DNA of 64,000 nt from Mobula hypostoma (lineage: Eukaryota), in assembly GCF_963921235.1 (NCBI RefSeq), contig NC_086107.1:102922001-102986000 (forward strand), read 5' to 3'. Positions 39,156 to 51,734 of the stretch are shown here, piece after piece. The notes under the pieces are model-generated. The model made no database searches and had not been told where the DNA came from. It was given only the letters and a program-made list of their open reading frames with translations. Position 1 is the stretch's first letter; every line of letters starts with the position of its first letter. A program made the position numbers and the translations under genes.

Positions 39156-40429
39156 TATGCCGGTGATATTAAACCTGATTCTGGTTCTGAAAGAAGTAAA
39201 TAGATAGATAGATGATAGATAAATAAATAAATAAATGTTTGCCAGATAGATGGATAGAAAAGTTTTAGGGGGATAGAAGCAAAATGCAGGCAAATGGGTC
39301 TGGCTTAGATGGGCATCTTGGTTTGTAGGGACTAGTTGGGCTAAAGGTCTTATTTTATGCTGTATAACTCTATGTCTCTAAGTGATGGTAACATCTTGCA
39401 TATAATACCGAACTGAAATATCAATAACATAATATAATTTGTGTGGAAACTGCAGTAAGTTGAGAAGATTGAAGAACCAGCCAGCCATTAGAGGCTGTGG
39501 GTTCTTGACATACGGTTAAAATAATTTTTAGTGTGGTAATTTGATACGCCTGCACTGTACTGCTGCCACAGAATGACATATTTCATGATTCATGTCAGTG
39601 CCAATAAACCTGATTCTGAAATGGCAAGGCAGTCAGCGGAGAGCAAGTGTAGGTTTGTGATGGCCACAGGGGTGGGAAATGGGGAATGGATTTCTGGCAT
39701 TCTCTCTGGCACAGGACTGCAGGAATCCCAAGCTATACGGTCCATGATCAACACCTGAGTGGGAAAGGATCCAGGAATGAGTCTGGGTGAAGTATAATTT
39801 GTGGTTATGTGTGTGTGCCTGCAAAGGCTAGCTGAGTCACGGCATCATGGAAAGACATAGGGATCAACGGCATTATTTTTTCCCTTCTGACCTTCAGCTC
39901 AATGGATCAATGCCCAGAGCAATCCTGCTTTCCACCGATGCTGCCCGACCTGCTGAGTTCCTCTGGCATTATGTGCGTGCTGCCCAGGTGTCCAGCATCC
40001 GCAGATTTTCTCTCGTTCGCAGTCCCACTTACACCTGATTGGATGAGAATGGCCACCCCTGGCTCCTTCATTAAAATGCACCCTCACTTCCAGCCGGTGG
40101 AATGTGCTCCTTTGTCCCAGGACAGGAGACTGCTCCTGATGTGTCACCTCTGCTAATGCCCTTTCCCTGTCTTACTCTCATACCTGTCTCTGGCTCCTCT
40201 TTTTGGCTCTACTCAAGCCCACATTTTTCATGAGTTCAATCACCAACTGCGTTGCCCTCATCCACAGTAAGCGGCCAGTTTTCCGGGCTCCTGTTTATAA
40301 AATATACTTGACAATTTTTGCATACTGTACTTGACAGTTCTTTCTCCTCGCGTGATGTTATTTACCTCCATATCCAATGTTAACTCGGTTTTTCTCTGTC
40401 TCTTCCAGAAGTGCCAATGATGCAGTTCC

Positions 40430-40641
40430 AGGCAGGAGAAGATCTGCAGACGCTGCAAGTCCGAGCAACAAACACAAAATGCTGGAGGAACTCAGCAGGC
40501 CGGGCAGCATCTGTGGAAAACAGTGCAGTCGACGTTTCAGGCCGAGAGGGTCCTGCCGAAGGCTCTCGGCCCGAAATGTCGACGGTACTCTTTTCCGCAG
40601 ATGTTGCCCGGCCTGCCGAGTTCCTCCAGCATTTTGTGAAG
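40430..40641. mobile_element. ORF-less inverted-pLTR mini-insertion
   Basis: Opposed arms. Flanks gatgcagttcc (40419-40429) / gaagcagttcc (40642-40652). Confidence 0.75.
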
Positions 40642-40894
40642 GAAGCAGTTCCTTTGCATTTCACAGCTGGAATGCCAACCTTACTGTATTCTCCCTCTCT
40701 TTGTCTAATTAAACAAAATGTCTTATAACACATCAGAGATATTCTCCTTGTCCTATCCACTTCACACCCACCTCACACACCACCACCCGTCTGCAACCTA
40801 AAACTAGTCCCGCTTCTCTACCCTCCCAGCTCTTTCAGGTTCCCCTTATCTACTTTATGAGGTACATCCGCCCCAGAGCAACACACATACACAC

Positions 40895-41390
40895 AGACAC
40901 ACAAAATCCTGGAGGAACTCAGCAGGTCAGGCAGCATCTATGGAAGTGAATAAACAGTCGGCGTTTCGGGCCGAGACACTCCAGGAAGGGGGAAGACGTC
41001 AGAATAAAAAGGCGGGGTGGGGTGTGAGAAAGAGGACTAGCCAGAGGTGATCGGTGAAGCCAGGTGGGTGGGAAAGCTCAAGGGTTGGAGAAGAAGGAAT
41101 CTGATAGGAGAGGAGAGTGGACCGTAGGAGAACGGGAAGGAGGAGGGGACGCAGGGGGGAGAGATAGGCAGGTGAAAACAGGCAAAGGGTCAGAGTGGGG
41201 AATAGAGGAAGAGGAGAGGGGGGAGGGACTTTTTTTATCAGAAGGAGAAATCGGTATTCATGGCATCAGGTTGGAGGCTACTCAGACGGAATATGAGGTG
41301 TTGCTCCTCCACCCTGAGGGTGGCCTCATCTTGGCACAAGAGGAGGCCGTGGACCGACATGGCGGAAAGGGCATGGGAATTGGAATTACC
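40895..41390 (-). mobile_element. PLE 3' end
   Basis: pLTR, purine-rich UTR and GIY-YIG C-terminal relic. Confidence 0.75.
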
Positions 41391-43726
41391 AATCGGAAGC
41401 ACCAGTAGTCACATCCTAGGGGCAGACCACAACACTTTTAAAAATGCTTCCAATTTGCTTTATTACCTCGAAGGCACCCCTTCATGAAGCACTGTCGTAG
41501 AAAAGCAGCATCCATCATCAGAGATTCTCACCACCTGGGCCGTGCTCTTTTCTCGCTGCTGCCGTCGGGTAGAAGGTACAGGAGCCACAGGACTCGCACC
41601 ACCAGGTTCAAGAACAGTTACTACCCCTCAACCGTCAAGCTCTTGAACAAAAGGATTAACTAGACATACTTGCACCATCATTGAGATGTTTCCCAACCAG
41701 AGGTCTCACTTTAAGGACTCTTCATCCCATGTTCTTGATAGTTGTTGCTATTAATTTATATTTGCATTTGCACAGTTTGCTGTTCTCTGCACTCTGGTTG
41801 ATCTTTCATTGATCCTGTTATAGTCACTATTCTATAGATTTGTTACGTATGCCTACAGGAAAATGAATCTCAGGGTTGTATATTGTGATTTATATGTACT
41901 TTGAACCTTATGACATATACTGGAGCTTGTTAACATTGGACTGAATAATACACGTCAGGACAGGATTTGGTTCACAGCACTTAAACCAAATCTTGTCGCC
42001 TTGGACTCGATGACAAAGGAAATATAAAAATGAAAAAACATTTTATTTTATTTTGAATTTTTCAGGAGAAATGTTTTACAACCACTTAGAGAGTAATAGA
42101 GAGATGCAAGTGGTTTTTCCCTTCGGCCCACTAAACCTGTGCTAGCCATTTACTGCCAAACTACATTAATCCTAAATTTAACCCAATTTTTACTCAAAGG
42201 TTTCAAAGGTACATTTAATGTCAGAGAAATGTATATAATATACATCCTGAGATGTTTTTTCTTCACAAACATCCACAAAAACAGAGGAGTGTCCCAAAGA
42301 ATGAATGACAGTTAAATGTTCTCATCTTCTCTCTCCCAGACCCTGCCCCCCTGGTATTTTACCACTCAGCTACATACAAGGAACAATTTACGGTGAGGTA
42401 ACCGACTGACCTGCCTGTCGTTTGAACGTGCGGGAGGAAACCGAAGCACTTAGAGGCAACCCATGCAGCCACAAGGCAAACGTGCAAACCCCACGCAGAC
42501 AGCCGGGAGGTGACGACTGAAACTTGGTCTCTGGTGGTGTGAGGGGACAGCTCTGTTAACTGCACCACTTAGGGTCCTGGAAAAGTCCAGCACAGAAACA
42601 GGCCCTTCAGCCCATCTGGTCCACGCTGAAACGTTTAATCTGCCTATTTCCATTGACCTGTACCTGGACCATAGCCCTCCATTCCCCTACCATTCATGTG
42701 CCTATCCAAACGTTGAAAACAAGTTCATATGCGCCGCACTCATACCCCTCATGACCCTCTGAGTGAAGAAGTTTCCCCTCATGTTCCCTTAAAACTTCTC
42801 ACCTTTCAACCCTTAACCCATGTCCTCTGTCTGTAGTCCCACCCAACCTCAGCGGAAAAAACCTGCTTGCATTTATCCTGTCTGTACCCTCGTAATTATG
42901 TATAGTTGATGTAAAGCCACTATTATACTGTATATTGGGAAACGTGCCAATTTAGGCTAAACAAGCTCGCAAACAGTACTGAGATAATGACCATAATCAT
43001 CTGTTTTAATGTACGCCCGGGGAACAGGGCTACTAACTCTACACAATGCTGAATTCAGACAGTTAGCATTCCCAACATTTTTATTCCTGATTTCAACATC
43101 TTTGGCAATTTAATCTGATGAATCAGCTTCTCTCAGTCGTGGTGTCACAAGGACAATTGTTTGTTTCTTCACTTTTCTCGGTGACCTCTGAGCCACGCCA
43201 CCCAGCAATCCCCCAATTTAATCCTATCCCAATCAAAGGACAATTTACAATGACCAATTAGCCTATCAACCAGTAGGTCTTTGGACTGCGGAGGAAACGC
43301 ACACGGTCACGGGGAGAACATACAAACTCCTTACAGGCTGCGGCGGGAATTGAACCCGCGTCGCCTGCACGGTAAACCATTGTGCTGACCACTATGCTAC
43401 GGTGTCAGCCTCCTCCGTCTCACATCATCATGCCCTCTGGTCTGCCACCCCTGCGCAGAAACTCCTGTCGTTCCGTCTTTTGGTTTCTCCTTTCTCTGCG
43501 TCTTAATATTGGTTCCTCATTGATTTTTTTTTTGCAGGAGTGGTGAAGCTCGTCAACCTGAATTATTAGCTGTAGATTGTTCTGCATAGATGCTGTTCAT
43601 GCTAATGGGTATTTCTGGTGTCTTCTCATTTAATGATGCACTGACATGGGGCGGTGGAGGAGGGGGGAGGTTGCAAAATGTGGGAGAAACTCCCCCTACT
43701 CCTTCCCATCCACCTGAGAGAGCAGA

Positions 43727-44146
43727 TGTCACAACTATGGATTTGGCAGTGCAGCAGATACGGCAACTGCGCTCATGAATATGCACGTATCAGCTAATTA
43801 TTATTTCATTGTGATGGTACTTAACTCCATTCTTTTTGTCATAGCACTTGTTGAGACTTGAGCAAAGCACAGCAATGCTTCGCTGCCTGTTTGCATTCGG
43901 CCTTGCCTGAGAAATTGGACTGTCGAGTCAACTGACTCTGAAGGCTAGCGGTATTCGTTTTCTATTTAGTTATTCCTTTCAGCCGCAGTGTTGGCTTTGT
44001 TTTCCATTTGAGAGTTTTCATTAATGGTCCTGTTTGGCCTAGAGTTTATTGTTTTCTTTAACTCTGTCTGCATTAAAGTCTGTGAACTATCAACCTACTT
44101 CAGTGTCTCTCGCTCCGCACTTGGGCCATAATTGAACGTAGTGACA
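43727..44146 (+). mobile_element. Solo LTR (420 bp)
   Basis: TGTCACAAC...GTAGTGACA termini; ATTAAA near 44072; 5-bp TSD gcaga / gcagg. Confidence 0.8.
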
Positions 44147-44654
44147 GCAGGTGAGCTCTCAGTTGAGACCTCTCCCATCCACCTGAGAGTACAGGTCAGC
44201 TCTGAGTTGAGACTTTCCTCATCCACCTGAGAGAGCAGGGGAGATCTCAGTTGAATGTTGCATCCAGGAGAAAGCACCCAATGACAAATTAGCTTGGCTA
44301 CTGGAGCCACTGCTTCGCACCTGCAGTCTCCTGGTGTTGACCCTGACCTCCGGGGCTCTCTGTGTGGAGTTTGCATGCTCTCTTGTTTGACTGCCTGAGT
44401 TTCCTCGGGGTTGTCTGGTGCTCTCCCTCATCCCAAGTACGTGTCAGCTGGCTCGCCAGATGGCAACTGAAAACTGCCCATCTGTGTAGAGAGGTGGCAG
44501 AACCTGGAGAGAGCTGATAGGAATGTCAGAAAAATAAAACCTGTTGGTGTAAAAACAGGCCTTCACGGATGGCACAGACTCAGCAGGTCAAAAGGCGAAT
44601 CTTCTTACGACTCAGTGAGTATTTCACTAGACAGTACGCCCTAGGTTCAGCTTT

Positions 44655-45095
44655 CAAGCAACGCGCACAAAATGCTGGAGGAACTCAGCAGGCCAGGAAA
44701 CAGTATGGAAAAAAAGTACAGTCGACATTTCAGGCGGAGACCCTTTGGCCGGACTGGAGGAAAAAAGAAAGACGAGGAATAGATTTAAAGGGTGGGGGGA
44801 AGAGGAGGGATGAAGTAAAGAGCTGGGAAGTTGGTGAAAGAAATAGAGGGCAGGAGAAGGGGGAGTCTAGTAGGAGAGGACAGAAGGCCATGGAAGAAAG
44901 AAAGGTGGGGGGAGGAGCACTAAAGGGAAGCGATGGGTGGGCAAGGGGGTAAGGTGAGAGAGGGTAAAGGGCATGGGTAATGGTGAAGGAGAGGGGGTGG
45001 GGGCATTAACAGAAGATTGAGAAATCAATGTTCATTGTTATCAGATTGGAGGCTACCCAGTCTACCCAGATATAAGGTGCTGTTCCTCCAACCTG
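44655..45095 (-). mobile_element. PLE 3' end
   Basis: pLTR with decayed hammerhead near 44720, UTR, and endonuclease tail. Confidence 0.75.
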
Positions 45096-45165
45096 CATGC
45101 CATCCACTTTCAGTTCAGTGGCAAAGCTGGGATCGACTCAATGGTTCTTTTGCTACTTGTACATA

Positions 45166-45792
45166 CACTCACTGGCCACTTTATTAGGTACACCAGCTCG
45201 TCGATGCAAATGTCGAATCAGTCAACCATGTGGCAGCAACGCAATGCATAAAAGAATGCTGACACGGTCAAGAAGTTCAGTTGTTGTTCATACCAAACAT
45301 CAAAATGGGATCCAAGTGATTTTGACCGTGGAATGATTATTGGTGCCAGATGGGGTGGTTTGAGTATCTTGGAAACTGCTCTGGGAATTTCACGCATTAC
45401 AGTTTCTAGAATTTAAGAGAATGGCCTGAAAATAAGAAAAATATCCAGTAGGTGAAAATGCCTTGTTAATGAGAGAGGTCATGGGAGAATGGCCAGACAA
45501 TTTCAAGCTGACAGGAAGGTGACAGTAACTCAAATAAGCAAATGCTACAGCAGTGGTGTGCGGAAGAGCATCTCTGAACACACAACCTGTCGAACCTTGG
45601 AGTGGACAGTCTACAGCAGCAGAAGTCCATGGCCAAGTCCAAGGTCCACTGTATTAGGTACAAAAGGTACTTAGTAAAGTGACCATTGAGTATATCTCAC
45701 AATGCATCCACGGTACAAGTATGGAAGGAAAGAGTGCATAGAATGTGAATAGTTGCTACTTAGGAAGTACTTAATAAAGTGGCCACTAAGTG
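45166..45792 (+). mobile_element. Tc1/mariner non-autonomous element with a transposase N-terminal relic
   Basis: TA|cactcactggccactttattaggtac ... gtacttaataaagtggccactaagtg|TA; DFDRGMIIGARWGGLSILETA and ADRKVTVTQI...SISEHTTCRTL. Confidence 0.85.
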
Positions 45793-45976
45793 TAAGTCTG
45801 GCTTACTGGAACTCACATATCTCAAGAGGTGGAACCCAGTAGAATGTGTTAATCTGATCCTTGTATGTGTGGAGATCTGTGGGACTGTTGTTTGGTAACT
45901 GCATGCAGTGATATGACTGCAGCCAGAAACTTGGTGTGCAATGTCAGAAGCCCAAACTTACATCCTATTACGTTAA

Positions 45977-46206
45977 CAACAGGAATTCTGCAGATGCTGG
46001 AAATTCAAGCAACACACATCAAAGTTGCTGGTGAACGCAACAGGCCAGGCAGCATATCTAGGAAGAGGTACAGTCGACGTTTCAGGCCGAGACCCTTCGC
46101 AGTTAGTCCTGACGAAGGGTCTCGGCCTGAAACGTCGACTGTACCTCTTCCTAGAGATGCTGCCTGGCCTGCTGCGTTCACCAGCAACTTTGATGTGTGT
46201 TGCTTG
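45977..46206. mobile_element. 230-bp ORF-less palindromic pLTR insertion with a perfect 15-bp TSD
   Basis: TSD atcctattacgttaa at 45962-45976 and 46207-46221. 94-bp stem 46006-46099 / 46113-46206 with 2 mismatches. Confidence 0.92.
46104..46141 (+). ncRNA. Minimal type-I hammerhead ribozyme motif
   Basis: TAGTC-CTGACGA-AGGGTCTCGGCCT-GAAAC-GTC-GACTG; predicted cleavage after 46136. Confidence 0.78.
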
Positions 46207-46375
46207 ATCCTATTACGTTAAATATGTTGTATTTCTGCATAGTGAGACTGAACACTGGAAAAGAGGTGTGTGGAAAAATCGTGGCCCTCAAGAAAACTAA
46301 TATTCAGCAATAGGCAACACACATCAAAGTTGCTGGTGAACGCAGCAGGCCAGGCAGCATCTCTAGGAAGAGGCG

Positions 46376-46413
46376 CAGTCGACATTTCAGGCCGACACCC
46401 TTCGTCAGGACTA
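46376..46413 (-). ncRNA. Minimal hammerhead ribozyme motif
   Basis: Minus strand TAGTC-CTGACGA-AGGGTGTCGGCCT-GAAAT-GTC-GACTG. Confidence 0.7.
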
Positions 46414-47573
46414 ACTGAAGGAAGAGTTAGTAAGAGATTTGAAAGTGGGAGGGGGAGGGGGAGATCCAAAGTGATAGGAGAAGACAGGAGGGGGAGGGAT
46501 GGAGCCAAGAGCTGGACAGGTGATTGGCAAAAGGGATATGAGAGGATCATGGGACAGGAGGTCCGGGGAGAAAGACAAGTGGGGGGGGGGGAACCAGAGG
46601 ATGGGCAAGGGGTATATTCAGAGGGACAGAGGGAGAAAAAGGAGAGTGAGAGAAAGAATGTGTGTATAAAAATAAATAACGGATGGGGTACGAGGGGGAG
46701 GTGGGGCATTAGCGGAAGTTAGAGAAGTCGATGTTCATGCCATCAGGTTGGAGGCTACCCAGACGGAATATAAGGTGTAGTTCCTCCAACCTGAGTGTGG
46801 CTTCATCTTTACAGTAGAGGAGGCCATGGATAGACATGTCAGAATGGGAATGGGATGTGGAATTAAAATGTGTGGCCACTGGGAGATCCTGCTTTCTCTG
46901 GCAAAGCGGTCTCCCAGTCTGCGTCGGGTCTCGCTGATATATAAAAGGCCACATCGGGAGCACTGGATGCAGTATGTCACCCCAGCCGACTCACAGGTGA
47001 AGTGTCGCCTCACCTGGAAGGACTGTTTGGGGCCCTGAATGGTAGTAAGGGAGGAAGTGTAAAGGCATGTGTAGCACTTGTTCCGCTTACACGGATAAGT
47101 GCCAGGAGGGAGATCAGTGGGGAGGGATGGTGGGGACGAATGGACAAGGGAGTTGCATAGGGAGCGATCCCTGCGGAATGCAGGGGGGGGGAGGGAAAGA
47201 TGTACTTAGTGGCGGGATCCCGTTGGAGGTGGCGGAAGTTACGGAGAATAATATGTTGGACCCCGAGGCTGGTGGGGTGGTAGGTGAGGACCGGGGAACC
47301 CTATTCCTAGCGGGGTGGCAGGAGGATGGAGTGAGAGCAGATGTGCGTGAAATGGGGGAGATGCATTTGAGAGCAGAGTTGATGGTGGAGGAAGGGAAGC
47401 CCCCTTTCTTTAAAAAAGGAGGACATCTCCCTCGTCCTGGAATGAAAAGCCTCATCCTGAGAGCAGGTGCGGCGGAGATGGAGGAATTGCGAGAAGGGGA
47501 TGGCATTTTTGCAAGAGACAGGGTGAGAAGAGGAATAGTTCACTTTCTAACTCTTACTAACTCTTCCTTCAGT

Positions 47574-47611
47574 TAGTCCTGACGAAGGGTCTCGGCCTGA
47601 AACATCGACTG
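47574..47611 (+). ncRNA. Minimal hammerhead ribozyme motif (AUC site)
   Basis: TAGTC-CTGACGA-AGGGTCTCGGCCT-GAAAC-ATC-GACTG. Confidence 0.65.
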
Positions 47612-48349
47612 TACCTTTTCCTGGAGATGCTGCCTGGCCTGCTGCGTTCACCAGCAACTTTGATGTGTGTTGCCTGAATTTCCAGCATCTGCAGAATTCC
47701 TGTTGTTTGCATTCAGCAATAGAGCTGCATTGGGTTAAAGCATCCTGTGTGTGTAACACACCACATTCAGAACTTTAAGGCCCTAACCTCCATATTTGCT
47801 TCACTTTCTAAACAAAAACACATGCCTATCTGCTGTAAATCCTGGTGCTGTTGTCTGTTGCTCTGAAGAGATCTGCTTTCAGCACTCTGTACTAACCAAA
47901 AACAATGAAGTACTTTGTGAAACCTTATGCAACCTGTGGCATAAAATAACAACTTATTAGGTTTTGTAGCGTTATTTGTCTTGGCACGATGTAGATGTGA
48001 TTTTGCAAAATTGTATTAGAGAGTTGAAGGCACTTTTGAAGCAATTTGGTGTCAGCTTACCCCTCCGGGTTTCTGTGACATCACAGTGGCCTGCAAGACA
48101 ATTTAGAACTTCAGTCGTTTTGTAACTCTGTCTTAAAGGTTACATGGAGTTCACAGCATTGACGCGGTGGTTGAAGGGTGGTTAACGCCCGAGTCAAGAC
48201 ACCTTGAACAGGCTGGGGCAGCGCCATTTAGGAGAGGGATGACTGAAAGTCTCAAGATTGGCTCGGACAGAGGTGAAAATGTCTCCACTTGCGGGGAATT
48301 GGGAACAAGCAGCACAAATTCTGTTGCTGATTATTTAAATTTGGCCTGT

Positions 48350-48945
48350 CCCCTAAAACCCTCACTAATTTTTATAGATGCACCGTAGAAAGCATTCTTC
48401 TAGGGTGCATCACAACCTGGTATGGAAGTTGTCCTGTCCAAGACCGGAAGAAGCTGCAGAAGATCGTGAACATGGCACAGCACATCACACAAACCAATCT
48501 TCCATCCTTGGACTCACTTTATACTGCATGCTGTCGGAGCAGTGCTGCCAAGATAATCAAGGACACAACCCACCCAGCCAACACACTTTTCGTCCCTCTT
48601 CCCTCCGGGAGAAGGCTCAGGAGCTTGAAGACTCGTACTGCCAGATTTGGGAATAGCTTCTTCCCAACTGTGATAAGACTGCTGAACGGATCTTGACCCG
48701 GATCTGGGCCGTACCCTCCAAATATCCGGACCTGCCTCTCAGTATTTTTTTTGCACTACCTTACTTTCCATTTTTCTATTTTCTATTTATGATTTATAAT
48801 TCAAATTTTTAATATTTACTAACTTTTACTATTTTTAATATTTAATATTTGTAATCCAGGGAGCGGGAAGCGCAGAATCAAATATCGCTGTGATGATTGT
48901 ACGTTCTAGTATCAATTGTTTGGCGACAATAAAGTATAAAGTATT
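48350..48945 (+). mobile_element. Rex1/Babar LINE 3' end
   Basis: AAKIIKDTTHPANTLFVPLPSGRRLRSLKTRTARFGNSFFP; aataaagtataaagta tail. Confidence 0.85.
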
Positions 48946-49787
48946 TGTACTTACACAGTTTGTTGATCATTGATCCCGTTTACAGTTACTGTTCTATAGG
49001 TTTGCTAGGCACACCCGCAGGAAAAAGAATCTCTGGGTTGTATGTGGTGACCCGTATGTACCCTGACAATAAATTTTACCTTGAACTTTGAAATGTCTTT
49101 AATTAAGGTTTGGGAACTCCCATCACAAAGTACAAAAGAAGTCAGGAATGAATGGAATGGGAGAACAACAGGTTAGTAAAGGTTGTACACACTTCCTTGG
49201 TTGAAGGGATGAAGGGATGGCACTTCACGGAGAATGTTTCACCACCATTTACAAATGGTGGGCACTGGTCAATCAGCAAGTGTGTGGGTGTTGCTGCCAA
49301 TTCCCTCACTAGTGGAAGCAGCTTCAGCTCTGTCCAAACCTGAAGTACCTTGAGTCTTCGAGTAAGCCGTTTCTCAGCCATCTATTCTCTAACGCTGGGT
49401 GACTCCTGTTCAAGTTTAACTGCCATTGAATCATACACGTGTATATGGCTAAATGAAACTTGGGGCACCAGCGGTACATATAGTCACACACAGCACATAT
49501 AGTTACAATCTAGCACATACAGTCACACAATAATATTAACACAAGTCCCTGAGTGGCAGGGCCTGAAGACCCAATGCCCAGTTGAGCATCCTGTTCCCTT
49601 TCCCCACCCTCCCATCCCCCTTTTTGTCCCCCATCCTCATTCCTATTAGAATCCACTTCCTGCAGTCGGATCACCTCTTTCCGATTTCAGTTCCTTCTGG
49701 TCTCTCTCTTGCTTGATCTCTTCCATCCGCATGGGTCACTGGAATAACCCTTCTGGTCGATGTGATAGAGAAGGGGAGTTGTCCCCT

Positions 49788-50670
49788 AAGAACATAAGAA
49801 ATATGAGCAAGATTTGGCCATCTGGCCCATCGAGCCTGCTCCACCATTCAGTAAGATCATGGCTGATCTGGCCATGGACTCATCTCCACCTACATCCCTT
49901 TTCCCCATAACCCTTAATTCCCCCCACTATGCAAAAATCTATCCAACCTTGTCTTAAAGATATTTACTGAGGAAGCCTCCACTGCTTCATTAGCAGAGGA
50001 TTCCACAGAGTCTTCACTGTCTGGGAAAAGCAGTTCCTCCTCATCTTCATCCTAAATCTACTCCCCTGAATTTTGAGGCTGTGTCCCTTAGTTCTAGTCT
50101 CACATACCAGTGGAAGCAACTTTCCTGCCTCTATCTTATCTATCCCTTTCATAATTTTATATGTTTCTATAAGATCTCCTCTTATCCTTCTGAATTCCAG
50201 CGAGTACAGTCCCAGGCGATTCAATCCCTCCTCATGTTCTAACCCTCTCATCTCTGGAATCAACCTGGTGAACCTCCTCTGCATCGCCTCCAAAGCCAGT
50301 ATATCCTTCCTCAAGTAGGGAGACCAGAACTGCACACAGTACTCCAGGTGTGGCCTCACCAGTACCCTGTACAGTTGCAGCATAACCTCCCTGCTCTTAA
50401 ATTCAATCCTTCTAGCAAAGAAGGCCAACATCCCATTTGCCTTCTTGATAGCCTGCTGCACCTGCAAACCAACCTTTTGTGATTCATGCACAAGCACTCC
50501 CAAGTCCCTCTGCACACCAGCATGCTGCTATTTTTTAATATTTAAATCATAATCTGCTCTTCCATTTTTCCTTCCAAAGTGGACGACCTTGCATTTACCA
50601 CATTTTATTCCATCTGTCAGACCCTCGCCCACTCACTTAACCTATCTATATCTCTCTGCAGACTCTCCGT
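49788..50670 (-). mobile_element. CR1 LINE 3' portion
   Basis: ORF 49964-50515 QRDLGVLV...LYRVLVRPHLEYCVQFWSP. Confidence 0.92.
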
Positions 50671-51734
50671 ATCTTCCGAGCATGTTCTCCCAGACCAAAA
50701 CTTTCCCTTCAGTCAATAATATTCAGGTTATGTAGTTGTCATTTCAGAGAGCTTGCCGTGCATCACCTAATCTCTAAGTCAACACTCTTCAAATTGCGTG
50801 CCGTTGACCATAAAGTGCTTGTGCGACCAGGGTGGCACCATACACCTCTACTTCCTTAACCTTCCTCACTCTCTGTTTCTCAGTTCTCCATCCTCCCCAC
50901 CTAATCACCCCCATTTCCAGCCCCCTCCCCCACAACTCTGACAGCCCCTCTCTCAAATCTAGCCTCCTGGGGACTGCACACTAACAGTGACACATACAGC
51001 GGTTTGGGTAATGCCAAGGGAGAGAGCAATATTGATTGAATGAGCAGCTCCTGAGGCCTAGAAACACCAATGAGGCCTTACCAGCCTGATTCAGCACTAT
51101 ACCCCCTTTATCAAATGAACTCTTTGAATTGTCGATTGCAGGAGGTAAGCACTGCTCCCACACCCCCCCAAACACCCCTGCTGGCTTATTCTAATAAATA
51201 AATGTCTGCTGCACAATATAACTGTATTTCACAACACAAGCACTGGGCTGGAATCCATAAATCACGGCCTGGGCAGAGGAATTTGGAAAAGAACGTTGCT
51301 GGAGATCAGTAATGTTTATTGTGTCTGGAGCCGTGTCCTTTGATGAATGTGTCCTGATTCCATAATTTATCGGGCCAGTACAATTTCTGCCACAGTCTCC
51401 CCTGCTGATATTAGATACACGGTCCTCTGGTGAATAGAAATGATGACGCTCTGAGGGCAAAACTATAGAGGACTTTGGTGTGAGCAGCCCTGAAGTAATC
51501 CGTACTGTTTTTCCCTTCTTAAGGATGTATGGGGTTGGAGGCAGTTCAGAGGCAGCTCACTAAATTGACTGCAGGTATGGAAATGCCTTTTATTTTTTTT
51601 TAAACATAAGTGAGAGGTGATCTCACTGAAACATATGTTAATACACAGCAGTTACACCAACAGCACCTCCCGAAGCTGCAAGAAGGATAATGGCAGCAAG
51701 TATACCACTGCCTTCTCGTTCCCCTGCAACTCAC

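Larger units (their letters stand above)
46314..47710 (-). mobile_element. 5'-truncated PLE with inverted pLTR (47541-47710) and 12-bp TSD
   Basis: TSD attcagcaatag at 46302-46313 and 47711-47722. Frameshifted thumb + GIY-YIG at 46709-47540. Confidence 0.93.

Noticed and set aside
43520..43600. Plus-strand acceptor-like T-run-gcag
   Set aside because: Followed by stops and no recognisable coding sequence.
46270..46722. Repeated ORFs such as LVNAAGQAASLGRGTVDVSGRDPS
   Set aside because: Antisense translations of the pLTR/hammerhead repeat, not proteins.
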